Shown: positions 46,787 through 57,103 of the stretch, one piece after another | Layout of the letters: the number at the start of each line of letters is the position of its first letter | How positions within the stretch are numbered: the first letter of the stretch is position 1 | NCBI GenBank assembly: GCA_965216635.1 | Contig: OZ244188.1 | Span: forward strand, 2,080,001-2,144,000 | Reading direction: 5' to 3' | DNA: 64,000 bases | Source of the DNA: a bacterium | GTDB lineage: Bacteria > SAR324 > XYD2-FULL-50-16 > G965216635 | Notes under the pieces: generated by a model | What the model was told of the DNA's origin: nothing | What the model saw: only the letters and a program-made list of their open reading frames with translations | Database searches by the model: none | Position numbers and translations under genes: made by a program

Positions 46787-47932
46787 TTAAATACTTTCAC
46801 CCTGCTTCAAAAGTCTTTTAATAGCAACAACTACTGAAGTCCAACCTAGATTTTTATTGGCAAAATTCTGTAAATTCTTTTCTGTCAACACCAAACTATC
46901 AAAAAAATCTGAAATTCGTGTCAAATCATAATGTTTTAAAGCCATTTGAGTTTGTTTTTTTAAATCTTCACAGTAAAGAAGTTGATGGGGAGATTGGGCT
47001 TCTGTATTACTGGCTGTATTACTGTTTGTATTATTGGCTGTATTACTGTTTGTATTACTGGCTGTATTACTGTTTGTATTACTGGCTGTATTACTGTTTG
47101 TATTATTGGCTATATTATTGGGAGCTTCCCCGTGGTGAGGTTTATGGAATGCTAAAATTTTTAAATCATAAAAAAAAGCAGCTACAAAATTCAAAGCTGC
47201 AAAAAACATATATGGATCTTTTGCCCAATTTTGAGATTCATTTAAAAGTGCTGTTGTCCGCTCACCGCTAGAGCGAAAATTTAATTTACTCAAACTTTCC
47301 CATAATTGTTTGCGGAGCAAGGCAATTTTTTCATAATTATCTAGCCAATCTTTTTTAAGTCCTTCTCTATGAAAAGGTAACATCCACACGAAGTCTTCTT
47401 GTGTTATTTTTTTAGCGAGCAGCTCTTTTAGTTCTTTATGAGAAAACTCAGAAAAATAAATTTTATGACACCGAGATTGTATAGTTTGTAAAACCATTTT
47501 CTTACTGGTCGTGGTTAGAACAAAATAATTATCTGTGGGAGGTTCTTCCAATATTTTTAAAAAAGCATTCCCCGATTCCAAATTCATTTTTTCTACATTC
47601 TTAATTAAAATAAGTCTTTTTTTAGAAACAGAAGGGAAAAGCGAAATTTTGGTTTTTAATTCTTGAATTTGTCCTAGCTGGATAAAATTATTTTTAGCTT
47701 TAATAACTAAAAAATCGGGATGCAGTTGCTCCGCAAAAAGTTGACACGACGGACAGTCTTGGCAGGCTTTTTCTTGTTCGCAAAGTATAGCCTTAGCAAG
47801 ACTTGCCGCTAAAAAACTTTTACCTCGTCCAGAAGGTCCTACAAAAAGATAGGACGCAGATAAGCGTTTTTTTTCTATAGTTTGCTTTAGAAAACAACAT
47901 ATTTGCTTTAAACCTATAACTTGAGAAAACAT
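46787..47932 (-). CDS. holB: DNA polymerase III delta-prime subunit with an Asn/Thr/Ser repeat insert
   Basis: YLFVGPSGRGK, Cys cluster + HPD, NAFLKILEEPP, TIQSRC. Confidence 0.9.
   Translation of the reverse strand: MFSQVIGLKQICCFLKQTIEKKRLSASYLFVGPSGRGKSFLAASLAKAILCEQEKACQDCPSCQLFAEQLHPDFLVIKAKNNFIQLGQIQELKTKISLFPSVSKKRLILIKNVEKMNLESGNAFLKILEEPPTDNYFVLTTTSKKMVLQTIQSRCHKIYFSEFSHKELKELLAKKITQEDFVWMLPFHREGLKKDWLDNYEKIALLRKQLWESLSKLNFRSSGERTTALLNESQNWAKDPYMFFAALNFVAAFFYDLKILAFHKPHHGEAPNNIANNTNSNTASNTNSNTASNTNSNTANNTNSNTASNTEAQSPHQLLYCEDLKKQTQMALKHYDLTRISDFFDSLVLTEKNLQNFANKNLGWTSVVVAIKRLLKQGESI
47002..47120 (-). repeat. In-frame 24-nt tandem repeat (NTNSNTAS)n
   Basis: ggctgtattactgtttgtatta(c/t)t repeated about 4.5 times. 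Confidence 0.9.
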
Positions 47933-47970
47933 ACCCTCTTAACAAAATGAAATCGTTAAATTAGACATTC

Positions 47971-48330
47971 CTAAAAACATAAAACAGCAACCCAAACTAA
48001 CCCCGCAATACAAAGAGAAAGAAAAACAGCCGCAGAACCATAATCCTTTGCTTTAGCCACAAATTCGTGTTGCTTAGGATAGGTCAAATCAAGCACTCTT
48101 TCTAAAGCAGAATTGAAAAATTCTACTATTAAAATAAAGAGCAGGGGTATTTCCAAAAAAATAAATTCTTTTATAGAATTGGCAAGATAAAAAGCCACTG
48201 GAGTAAGGATAATCAGTAAAAACACCTCTTGACGAAAAGCAGGTTCGCTCGTGAAAGCCGACCTGAATCCTTGCATAGAATAAAAAAAAGCTTTTATTAT
48301 TCTTTTCATGCCACTATATTTTTTGTGCAC
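47971..48330 (-). CDS. dgkA: Diacylglycerol kinase
   Basis: EPAFRQE, EFFNSALE, AKDYGSAAV. Confidence 0.93.
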   Translation of the reverse strand: MHKKYSGMKRIIKAFFYSMQGFRSAFTSEPAFRQEVFLLIILTPVAFYLANSIKEFIFLEIPLLFILIVEFFNSALERVLDLTYPKQHEFVAKAKDYGSAAVFLSLCIAGLVWVAVLCF

Positions 48331-48420
48331 CTTGTATTTGAGTTTAATTTACAACTTAGCAACCACCAGCGGTGTAGCTATGAAACCTTTTTCAGCAGGG
48401 TCTGTTTCGGGATTTCTCCA

Positions 48421-49521
48421 TTAGCTTTGTTTTATTCCGTTTTTTTTGGCAAATTCAAACGCCTGTCTTACCTCTTGCAAATGGCTATTAGCTACTATCA
48501 AAATAGCACCATTTTTTTCTACTATGCTAATATTTTCTAATCCTATAAGGGCATAAAAATTTTTTTCTGCTTGAAGAAAAGTATTTTTATTTTCTAAAGA
48601 AAAACAATTTCCTTGAAATCTGTTTCCAGACTTATCGGCTTTTTTAAGCATAGCAATAGAGTGCCAACTGCCTACATCGTTCCAATCAAACCTTGATTGA
48701 ATAGTATAGACAGGTCGGTATTTTTCCATAATCGCATAGTCAAAGGAAATAGCATCCAATCTATTAAAAGAATTTTCCTCTAACAATAAGGCATTAGCTT
48801 TTCTACCTGAAGTTTTTATTTTTTGCTTTGTTTTTTTTACGCAGTACAAAGAATTTTGCCACATTTTTGGCTGAAATTTTTGAAAAGCAAAAAAAACAGA
48901 ATCTAGACTAAAGCAAAAAATACCAGAATTCCAGAAATACTTTTTAGATTTTAGATATTTTTTTGCTGTTTTTAAATCTGGTTTTTCCACAAATTTTTCT
49001 ACTTCTTGTGTTTTTTTAGAAATTTTTTGCTCTCGTGCACAAATGTAACCGTAACCTGTTTCTGGATAGTTTGGTTTAATACCAAAAGTTAAAATCCCTT
49101 GTTTTTCGGCTTGCGAAGCTGCCAAAATTACATCTTCAGCAAATGCTTTATTGTTTTCAATAAGGTGATCTGCTGGTAGAACCAACATAATAGCGTCTTT
49201 TCCAAAATGCTCTTTTACCCAATGAGCCGCCATCAAAACCGCTGGAGCTGTGTTTTTTGATACGGGCTCTAAAAGAAAGCTATTTTTAAGTTTTTTTTGG
49301 CTGGTTATTTTTCTTAGGGTTTTTTTATGGAGTGAATAGTATTTTTGGTTGGTTACAATCAAGGTTGCCTGCAGAGGTAAAAAACTCAATCTATGTAAAG
49401 TTTTTTCTAGTAAATTTTTCTCTCCAAATAAAGGCAAAAAAGGCTTTGGTAAAGAATCCGTAGATAAGGGCCAGAGCCTAGAACCACTGCCACCGGATAA
49501 GACTACAGCGACTAATTTCAT
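48421..49521 (-). CDS. manC: Mannose-1-phosphate guanylyltransferase (no PMI domain)
   Basis: GGSGSRLWPLS, EP..KNTAPA, PADH, PETGYGYI, FVEKP, WNSGIF, SFDYAIME, WNDVGSW. Confidence 0.92.
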   Translation of the reverse strand: MKLVAVVLSGGSGSRLWPLSTDSLPKPFLPLFGEKNLLEKTLHRLSFLPLQATLIVTNQKYYSLHKKTLRKITSQKKLKNSFLLEPVSKNTAPAVLMAAHWVKEHFGKDAIMLVLPADHLIENNKAFAEDVILAASQAEKQGILTFGIKPNYPETGYGYICAREQKISKKTQEVEKFVEKPDLKTAKKYLKSKKYFWNSGIFCFSLDSVFFAFQKFQPKMWQNSLYCVKKTKQKIKTSGRKANALLLEENSFNRLDAISFDYAIMEKYRPVYTIQSRFDWNDVGSWHSIAMLKKADKSGNRFQGNCFSLENKNTFLQAEKNFYALIGLENISIVEKNGAILIVANSHLQEVRQAFEFAKKNGIKQS

Positions 49522-49522
49522 T

Positions 49523-50530
49523 CTATTCTATAATTTCTTGTTTTCTTAAATCTGCTTCTTTTTTATTAAAAACCAAAAAACAAACCACAATACTAAAAAA
49601 ATAAAGTAGTATTAAAGGCACCGCCATTAAAAGCATAGTAAATGGATCTGGTGGAGTCAAAACAGCAGCGCAAATAAAAATAAAAATAATAGCGTATTTT
49701 AAATTTTTTAGCATAAATTTTGGAGTAAGCAAACCCATCCGAGACAAAAACAAAACAATTAAAGGAAATTCAAAAACAAGTCCAAAAGCAAAAAGTAACT
49801 TTACCGCAAAAGAGACATACTGTCCAATAGATAGAAAAGGTACAATTTCACCTGGTTGGGTAAGACTAAGAAAAAATTCAAAACCGAAGGGAAAAACTAC
49901 AAAATAACCAAAACTAGCTCCTCCAATAAAAAATAAAAAGGTAGCAGGAACGAACGCCCAAAATACTTTTCTTTCTTTTTTGTAAAGCCCCGGCAAAACA
50001 AAAGCCCAAATTTCTATAATCCAATAGGGAAAGGAAAAAAACAGAGCCAAAAAAAAAGAAATTTTTAACTCGGCAAAAAACACTTCGGGGAGTCCAATAA
50101 AAACAAGCGGGGTTTTCGTTTCTGCTACTTTGGTGGAAGGAACACAGCTACAATCTAATTTTATAGTTTCTTTTTTTTTAGTATTTTTTTGCTCCTCTAT
50201 AGGACTGCAATGGCAATTCAAATCTCCTGATAAATTATCTTTGCTTAAATTATCTTTGCTTAAGGTTTGTTTGGGGGGAGAAATAGATTCCTCTTGTAAT
50301 TGAGAGTATTTAGCCAATGGCTGCTCTACTGGAAATTTTAAAATTTTCAGCAAATCATCTCGAAAAAAATAACAGGCAAAAAACACAAGGATAGTCACAA
50401 TAAAAGAACGCAATAACCTTGTTCTCAATTCTTTGAGATGACCTAGGAGAGGCAATGTTTTTTCTGGAGTTTTCTTTTCTGGGGTTTTCTTTTCTGGAAT
50501 TTTCTTTTTTGGGATTTTCTTTTCTTTCAT
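49523..50530 (-). CDS. tatC: Twin-arginine translocase subunit TatC
   Basis: HLKELRTRL, PGLYKKE, FGLVFEFP, AAVLTPPD. Confidence 0.95.
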   Translation of the reverse strand: MKEKKIPKKKIPEKKTPEKKTPEKTLPLLGHLKELRTRLLRSFIVTILVFFACYFFRDDLLKILKFPVEQPLAKYSQLQEESISPPKQTLSKDNLSKDNLSGDLNCHCSPIEEQKNTKKKETIKLDCSCVPSTKVAETKTPLVFIGLPEVFFAELKISFFLALFFSFPYWIIEIWAFVLPGLYKKERKVFWAFVPATFLFFIGGASFGYFVVFPFGFEFFLSLTQPGEIVPFLSIGQYVSFAVKLLFAFGLVFEFPLIVLFLSRMGLLTPKFMLKNLKYAIIFIFICAAVLTPPDPFTMLLMAVPLILLYFFSIVVCFLVFNKKEADLRKQEIIE

Positions 50531-51435
50531 TATTTTAAGAGTGGATAGGTTTTAGTTGTGTCCTTATAATTAGAGCCCTTATGATTAGAGACTAGCTGAA
50601 AAGCTACAAACGAAAAAATAATTATTACAGCTCCTAAAATACCCCGCAGAGACAATCTTTCTCCAAGAAAAACATAGCTAAACAAAACAGCATAAACTGC
50701 TTCTAAACTTAAAATAACCCCAAAAACCTGTGCCGAAATATTTTTCAAGGCAAAAAAAGCCAAACTCTGTGCTAAGGCAGTACAAACCAAACCCAATACT
50801 AAAAGCCCAGCCCAGTCGCTTAAAGAAATTTGTATTGGCAAAAAAATAAAAATAAAAGGTAGAGAAATCAAAGCACAATAAAAACTTTGAAAAAAAGAAA
50901 TTATCATTATAGGAAATTTTAAAGATAAAAATCTACCCCATAAAATACCCAGAGCCATAAAAAACCCCGAAAGCACTCCCCAGCAGATACCTACAAAATA
51001 ATTGTTTGTTAAAGAAAATTGTGGAACTAAAAAATAAACTCCGATTACAATGAAAACACAAAGCAAACTTTTATAAAAAGAAAAGTGAAGTTTATAAAAA
51101 AAAGGCTCTAAAAAAGTAAGAAAAAAAGGAAAAGTAGAAAAAGCAAGCGTACCCAAAGAAGCATTTGATTTTTGCACTCCTGTAAAAAAAGTGAACCAAT
51201 GGGACACAAAAATAATTCCTAAAAAAAAAAAAAGAAGGTGGTTCTTGAAAGTAAGGGGAGTAATCTTTTTTTTGGATTTAAAAAAAAGATAGCACAAAAA
51301 TATAGTAGCAAAAAAAGTGCGAAAAAAGACAATGATAATAGGGTTTTGGTGAATGATTTTTCCTAAAATCCCAGTGAATCCTACTAAAAAAGTAGATAGG
51401 TGTTGCGATAAATAAGCTTGGATTTTTTTGTCCAT
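50530..51435 (-). CDS. DMT/EamA family transporter
   Basis: Hydrophobic 10-TM pattern, LEAVY...LGE..S. Confidence 0.85.
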   Translation of the reverse strand: MDKKIQAYLSQHLSTFLVGFTGILGKIIHQNPIIIVFFRTFFATIFLCYLFFKSKKKITPLTFKNHLLFFFLGIIFVSHWFTFFTGVQKSNASLGTLAFSTFPFFLTFLEPFFYKLHFSFYKSLLCVFIVIGVYFLVPQFSLTNNYFVGICWGVLSGFFMALGILWGRFLSLKFPIMIISFFQSFYCALISLPFIFIFLPIQISLSDWAGLLVLGLVCTALAQSLAFFALKNISAQVFGVILSLEAVYAVLFSYVFLGERLSLRGILGAVIIIFSFVAFQLVSNHKGSNYKDTTKTYPLLK

Positions 51436-51438
51436 GCT

Positions 51439-52938
51439 CTACTGCATTGTAGGTATAGCGAATTGATTTTCTTTTGAACTTTGCACCCAGCGACTAGTCA
51501 CGGTTTTCATACGAGTATAAAAACGAAATCCGTCGCTACCGTGTACATTCAAAGCTCCAAAAATAGAATTTTTCCAACCACCAAAACTATGAAAAGCCAT
51601 AGGCACTGGAATGGGAACATTAATTCCTACCATTCCTATTTGAATTTCTGTAGAAAAATTTCTAGCAATTTCTCCATCTTTGGTAAAAATAGATGTGCCA
51701 TTTGCAAAGCGCTGGGAATTTATCAACTCCACCGCTTTTTTGTAAGAATTGACACGAACGACAGAAAGTACGGGTCCAAAAATTTCTTCTTGGTAAATCC
51801 TCATATTTGGGGTTACCTTATCAAAAAGGCAAGGTCCCAAAAAAAAGCCATCTTTATTACCAGAACTTGAGAAATCCCTACCGTCCACAACCAACTCCGC
51901 TCCTTCTGCTACACCTAAATCTACATAGCCTTTTACTTTAGCTAAGTGCTCTTTTGTGATTAAGGGTCCCATTTCGCTTTCTGGTTCTGTAGCTAAACTA
52001 GCTCCCACAACAAGATTTTTCAAATTCTCCTTTATTTTCGTAACCAGACTGTCTGCGACTTTATCTCCTACAGCTACAGCCACAGAAATTGCCATACACC
52101 TTTCTCCAGCGGAGCCGTAAGCAGCGCCTATTAAAGAATTTATAGTATGTGAGATATCTGCGTCTGGCATAATTACCATGTGATTTTTTGCACCTCCTAG
52201 CGCCTGCACTCTTTTAGAATAAAAAGATCCTTTCTCGTAGATATATTTAGCAATGGGGGTAGAGCCTACAAAACTTACCGCTTGCACATCTTTATTTTCC
52301 AGCAAAGCATCCACCACAACTTTATCTCCATTGACTATATTAAAAACTCCGTCTGGTAGCCCTGCTTGTTTGTATAATTCTGCAACCATAAATGCAATTT
52401 GAGGGTTTTTTTCGGAAGGTTTAAGCACAAACGAATTTCCACAAGGAATGGCAATGCCGTGCATCCAAAGAGGAACCATAAAGGGAAAATTAAAAGGTGT
52501 AATGCCGGTGACAACCCCTAGCGGCTCAAAACTAGACCAGCTATCCACACCTGTGCCTACATTCATAGAATGCTCCCCTTTGAGTAAATGAGGGGCAGCC
52601 GTAGAAAACTCGGCAACTTCTAACCCTCTCACTATCTCTCCTTTGGCATCAGAAAAAACTTTGCCGTGGCTGTTGCTTAAAACTTTAGCCAACTCGTCTG
52701 TATTATCAGAGACTAGGGAGCAAAATTTCATCATAACCCTAGCTCTATTTAAAGGAGTTTTACTCGCCCAACTGGGAAAAGCTGCTTTTGCTGCCTTTAC
52801 TGCTTTTTCTACTTCTTGTTTGGAAGATAGCACCACTTCTCCAGTCTGCATTCCATTCGTGGGATTATAAAGCGGCAGTTTTTTGCCGCTTCCGCTAGGA
52901 GTAAGTTTGCCTCCAATGTAGTTTTGATAGGTTTTCAT
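51439..52938 (-). CDS. mmsA: CoA-acylating (methyl)malonate-semialdehyde dehydrogenase
   Basis: GITPFNFP, SFVGST, GGAKNH, AGERCMA, EEIFGPV, INVPIPVP. Confidence 0.95.
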   Translation of the reverse strand: MKTYQNYIGGKLTPSGSGKKLPLYNPTNGMQTGEVVLSSKQEVEKAVKAAKAAFPSWASKTPLNRARVMMKFCSLVSDNTDELAKVLSNSHGKVFSDAKGEIVRGLEVAEFSTAAPHLLKGEHSMNVGTGVDSWSSFEPLGVVTGITPFNFPFMVPLWMHGIAIPCGNSFVLKPSEKNPQIAFMVAELYKQAGLPDGVFNIVNGDKVVVDALLENKDVQAVSFVGSTPIAKYIYEKGSFYSKRVQALGGAKNHMVIMPDADISHTINSLIGAAYGSAGERCMAISVAVAVGDKVADSLVTKIKENLKNLVVGASLATEPESEMGPLITKEHLAKVKGYVDLGVAEGAELVVDGRDFSSSGNKDGFFLGPCLFDKVTPNMRIYQEEIFGPVLSVVRVNSYKKAVELINSQRFANGTSIFTKDGEIARNFSTEIQIGMVGINVPIPVPMAFHSFGGWKNSIFGALNVHGSDGFRFYTRMKTVTSRWVQSSKENQFAIPTMQ

Positions 52939-53042
52939 AATTTATTAGTAATCTCTGCTTTCTTTTTGTCGGCATCTAGTTCAACCAAAAGCTCGTAGAT
53001 TTTGGTAGAAGTAAATTTTTGTGTTGTAGTTGGTTTTAACAT
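52935..53042 (-). CDS. Small ORF, 35 aa, overlapping the mmsA start (possible gene remnant)
   Basis: MLKPTTTQKFTSTKIYELLVELDADKKKAEITNKL*; ATGA overlap. Confidence 0.35.
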   Translation of the reverse strand: MLKPTTTQKFTSTKIYELLVELDADKKKAEITNKL

Positions 53043-53160
53043 TTTATTTTTTGAATTAAAATTGTTTCTATAAGGAAAAGGATAATCCAATTACCGCACT
53101 AAAGTCAAGCCCTAAAAAATAAAAGGGGTTTTTACCGCTATTTTAGAAAAGTTTTTTCAG

Positions 53161-53263
53161 CGCTGTATAGGCTAAACAGCTAGTTTTGTGCTATTTGGTA
53201 AATTCAAAAGTCTATAGACCTTTGAATGCAACGTTGAAACTAGCCACAATAGTGGGGGTAGAC
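53161..53263. mobile_element. Back-to-back MITE-like ends
   Basis: ...aaattcaaaagtcta|tagacctttgaatgc... Confidence 0.7.
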
Positions 53264-53334
53264 TAGGAGAAAATTTTCGGTTACTGCTTTGGTTCTACAG
53301 AAGAGGCTCAGTTTTAGTCCAAGAACAGACTAGG

Positions 53335-53365
53335 AAACTCCCGCCTTTGATTTGCGGGAGTTTTT
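53335..53365. terminator. Terminator-like hairpin downstream of OMP paralog 3
   Basis: aaactcccgc...gcgggagttt. Confidence 0.6.
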
Positions 53366-53369
53366 ATTT

Positions 53370-54656
53370 CTACTTGAAGAGATAGACGAAGCGAATAAAA
53401 AGGGAGGCTGGTGCTTCTACTTCTATCGTTGTTTTTGTAGGCACAGTTTCAGGGTAGGTTTCGCTTACCTCCTCTAGATCATAAGTTGGAGTTACTGTTC
53501 CGTCTACTCGTATTCTTCTATCTGCAGCCGTTGGTATTTGGTTTTGGGGAATACCTCTTCTATCTGCAAAAATAAGTGAAATAAGAGTGCTAGTAGGTCT
53601 ATCTATACCACCTCCTACCAATACAGAAGAGGTAATAGGACTTGGCTCTTGCGGTAGTGCTACTGAGGTTCTTGTTGGCACTGGTGCTGCATTGGTCTGT
53701 TTTACAGAGAGCTTTGCCCCCACCCACAGCAGTCCCGCTTCTATAGAAAAGTTTTTGCTAAAATTTCGCTTATAGCCAAAATGAACGGCGGGGGCTATTT
53801 TTGAATCCGAGCCTCCGTTTGTTTCTAGCTTGGCTTGGGCTAAACCAGCTCCTGCATAGAGCCCGTAGGGCAGGTGCCAATCCACTAGTACAATTTGACT
53901 ATCCAGCTTGTTATCTCCCGCACTCCATTGGTGCAGGCTCAAAGAAACACGAAACTTTTCAAAGTCGTAGCCTAGTTGCAATCCGTTACCTGCTAAACTG
54001 GTATTTTCGCTGCTAACAGAACGCGATAGAGCAGAATCTACAACTGTTCCTGTTAAATCACTAAAAGAGGCTGCAATCCCTTGGAAGTAATCGTAACAGG
54101 CAGCGTCATCTGTGTCTGTAGCGGGTGGAACAGCATTAGAAGTAGCGTCAAACTGAACAACACTTGTAAAGTAGGTTCCCATCCTATCCTCATCATTATA
54201 GCTACCATCGTCACAAATATCCAATACAGCTTTTATTGCTGTTGCATCATAATTGGAACTGTAACTCCTAGTAGTACGTAAAGTGTGGACGGCTAGCGTA
54301 ATTCCCTCTGCACCTGTTGTTGCGTCCACTGAAGCGAATGTACTGGTGGTGTTTCCACTGAATTCTATGTCTGCGGTAACGGTTCTGGTGCGTGTTGTTA
54401 CTACTTCTGTAAGGGTGGTATTTTCTGTAGTGGTTTTTATTTTAGCACCTAGATAAAAGGGACTAACTCCGATAGACCAACCTTGCTGTCTTGCTTCTTG
54501 GGCTTGCAGATTATTTACTCCCGCAAAAAGTAAAAGCAAGCACGAAAGCGAAGCTAAAATTGCCAGTGTTATTTTGTTTGATTTCATAATTTCTTTTGTT
54601 TGCCTAATTTTTTGAGATTCCATAGTCTTTTTTTGGTTTAATTTGTTTAACTTCAT
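53370..54656 (-). CDS. Putative outer-membrane beta-barrel protein, distant paralog 3 (start may be 54587)
   Basis: QAQEARQQGWSIGVSPF, QWSAGDNKL, LPYGL, PAVHFGY shared with paralogs 1 and 2; terminal IRFVYLFK. Confidence 0.65.
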   Translation of the reverse strand: MKLNKLNQKKTMESQKIRQTKEIMKSNKITLAILASLSCLLLLFAGVNNLQAQEARQQGWSIGVSPFYLGAKIKTTTENTTLTEVVTTRTRTVTADIEFSGNTTSTFASVDATTGAEGITLAVHTLRTTRSYSSNYDATAIKAVLDICDDGSYNDEDRMGTYFTSVVQFDATSNAVPPATDTDDAACYDYFQGIAASFSDLTGTVVDSALSRSVSSENTSLAGNGLQLGYDFEKFRVSLSLHQWSAGDNKLDSQIVLVDWHLPYGLYAGAGLAQAKLETNGGSDSKIAPAVHFGYKRNFSKNFSIEAGLLWVGAKLSVKQTNAAPVPTRTSVALPQEPSPITSSVLVGGGIDRPTSTLISLIFADRRGIPQNQIPTAADRRIRVDGTVTPTYDLEEVSETYPETVPTKTTIEVEAPASLFIRFVYLFK

Positions 54657-54669
54657 AGTCTTTTTAATG

Positions 54670-54838
54670 GTTAATTTAGGTTATTCAGTTTTATTTTTAT
54701 AAAACTTTATAAAGAATAACTAAAAACCTAAAAATAGTCTATCTTTTTTTTAGTTAATTTAGGTTATTCAGTTTTATTTTTATAAAACTTTATAAAGAAT
54801 AACTAAAAACCTAAAAATAGTCAATCTTTTTTTTTTAG
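54670..54838 (-). promoter_or_regulatory. Tandemly duplicated (83-bp period) upstream region of OMP paralog 3
   Basis: Two copies of gttaatttaggttattcag...; minus strand TTGACT-N17-TATTCT at 54796-54824, other copy TAGACT. Confidence 0.6.
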
Positions 54839-55061
54839 TTTGCTTGTTTTTGGTTGTTTTTGGTTTATTTGGGGGGGGAGGGGAATTTTTCTAAAATGCT
54901 ATAAAATCCCAACAATAAACTTAAATATAGGCAAAGTTTGAATTATTTTTAGTTAAGAAGCAACCTTTATTTTTAAAAAATAATAATTTTAAAACTTAAT
55001 TTTTTGATAAAAAAATTCTAATATATTGAAATAAAATTTTCTTACTATAGGGGATTTAGCT

Positions 55062-56228
55062 TTACTGGCTGCGAATGGAAATGTGCCAGAAGGTAAGTTT
55101 TTTTTCTAAAATAACAAATATAGCGTAAAAAGCAGAGCCTGCAAGAGCAGAAATCACCACAGTTGCCCAGACCAGATGTAAATTCATTCTACCTACTTCG
55201 GTAGAAATCCGAAAACCCATACCTACAATAGGGGTGCCAAAAAACTCTGCTACAATAGCCCCTATCAAGGCTAGAGTAGAATTGATTTTAAGGGCGTTGA
55301 ATAAAAAAGGTAGTGCGTTATACAGGCGAACTGAGAAAAGTTTTTGCCAATAGGTAGGATTATAGGTTCTTAACAAATCCAATTCTACCCGAGAAGTTGC
55401 ACTGAGCCCTACTACAGAATTGACTAACATTGGAAAAAAGGTCATCAAAACCACTACTGCTGCTTTAGATTGCCAATCAAAACCGAACCACATAATCATA
55501 ATCGGAGCTACCCCCACAATAGGAAGAGCACTAAAAAAATTTCCTATAGGCAATAAACCTTTTTTCAAAAAAGAAAATTTATCGCAAACTAAGGCAACCA
55601 AAAACCCAGATGCGCATCCTATAAAAAAACCAGGTAAAACAGAATAAATAAAAGTTTGCACAAAATCTTGCCAGAATATAAATCTAGATTCATAAACTGC
55701 AATTAAAACCAAAGAAGGTGGGGGCAACAATACAAAAGGTACCCGAAAACCAACCACCAACATTTGCCAAATGAATAATAGTAATAAGCCAAACAAAAAA
55801 GGAGTTATAAGGTTCCAAAATTTTTCTGAATTTGGAAATGCGGAAGCGGAAGCGCTTTCTCTTAAAAAATTCCAAGCTAAACATAAAAAAGTCAATCCAA
55901 AAAAAAGATAGCTTTTTTGCCAATTTTCTTGGGCATTACTTGCGTTCGTTAAAGCCAAGTAAAGCCAAGAATGAAAAAACAATGAAAAAAATAAAAAATA
56001 AAAAAAGAAACTTTTTTTGCTGCAAAATTTCCTAATTTTTAATGGTAAAGTATGTGATAAAGAATATGTGATTATAAAATAAGCAGAAGTGAGCAGAAAT
56101 AAAAATGCAAATCCTATCCTTTGAGATGTGGAAAATAAAGCATCTTGAAAAGAAAAAAAAAGACTTAAACTTCCAAAAAGTAGATATAAAAACTGGGTTT
56201 TATGAAAAATTTTTGTTTGTAAATTCAT
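55062..56228 (-). CDS. ABC transporter permease (NitT/TauT type); start reassigned to 56228
   Basis: LPIVGVAP, ALIGAIVAEFFG; ATGA overlap with the upstream permease. Confidence 0.88.
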   Translation of the reverse strand: MNLQTKIFHKTQFLYLLFGSLSLFFSFQDALFSTSQRIGFAFLFLLTSAYFIITYSLSHTLPLKIRKFCSKKSFFFYFLFFSLFFHSWLYLALTNASNAQENWQKSYLFFGLTFLCLAWNFLRESASASAFPNSEKFWNLITPFLFGLLLLFIWQMLVVGFRVPFVLLPPPSLVLIAVYESRFIFWQDFVQTFIYSVLPGFFIGCASGFLVALVCDKFSFLKKGLLPIGNFFSALPIVGVAPIMIMWFGFDWQSKAAVVVLMTFFPMLVNSVVGLSATSRVELDLLRTYNPTYWQKLFSVRLYNALPFLFNALKINSTLALIGAIVAEFFGTPIVGMGFRISTEVGRMNLHLVWATVVISALAGSAFYAIFVILEKKLTFWHISIRSQ

Positions 56229-57103
56229 GGGCGAAAACCTTTTTGGATAAATATTCTTTCTATTGCAGAAACCAAAAAAACTAAAACCGCAGCCAGTAAA
56301 GCGGTCGTTAGTAATGCCGACCAAATTTTTACAGTTTGTCCGTAGTAAGAACCGACTAAGAGTCTAGAACCTAATCCTGCTCTAGCTCCTGTGGGCAACT
56401 CTCCTACAATGGCTCCTACAAGACTTGCAGCAACAGAAACTTTCAAACTAGTAAATAAAAAAGGTACAGAGCTGGGCAATAGAAGTTTAAAAAACATTTG
56501 CCTTTGTGTGGCGTTGTAGGTTTGTAGTAATTCACGGCTATTTTGTTCGGCGTAGTTTAACCCTTTCACCATTCCAATAGTGACGGGGAAAAAAGCAAGG
56601 TAGGCGGAAACTATAGATTTGGGTATCAAGCCAACCAAACCGATCGCTCCCAAAACTACCACAATCATAGGAGCTATGGCTAAAATAGGTATAGTCTGTG
56701 AAGCTATCACCCAAGGTAACAAACTTTTTTTTAAGGTTTGGTCGTAGATAATCCCTATTGCTAACAGGATTCCTAACAAACTGCCACTCAAAAACCCGAG
56801 CGATGTAGAAGAAAGAGTAATCCAACCGTGATAAACCAAACTTTTTTTGGAGCTAATTTTGGTTTGAAAGATAAATTTTTTTATATCGTTTAAGACCTGC
56901 ATTGGAGAAGGCAAGACAGGCTTTTTAGAATACCAAGCATCCCGAATCAATTGTTTTTGACTCCATTCTTGGTTGTTCGCTTGATAACGATCCAAAACAA
57001 AAGTCTTATTGAGTTGATAAGAAAAAAATAACCAAAAAAGCAAAAGTAACAACGTGGTTGTTGCAACAGCAACAAATCTTGTGCTTAATATTTTTTTAAG
57101 CAT
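56225..57103 (-). CDS. ABC transporter permease (NitT/TauT type)
   Basis: SQTIPILAIAP, SLVGAIVGELP. Confidence 0.9.
   Translation of the reverse strand: MLKKILSTRFVAVATTTLLLLLFWLFFSYQLNKTFVLDRYQANNQEWSQKQLIRDAWYSKKPVLPSPMQVLNDIKKFIFQTKISSKKSLVYHGWITLSSTSLGFLSGSLLGILLAIGIIYDQTLKKSLLPWVIASQTIPILAIAPMIVVVLGAIGLVGLIPKSIVSAYLAFFPVTIGMVKGLNYAEQNSRELLQTYNATQRQMFFKLLLPSSVPFLFTSLKVSVAASLVGAIVGELPTGARAGLGSRLLVGSYYGQTVKIWSALLTTALLAAVLVFLVSAIERIFIQKGFRP

Noticed and set aside
46918..47271. Tyr/Cys/Trp-rich plus-strand ORF
   Set aside because: Antisense reading of the holB repeat
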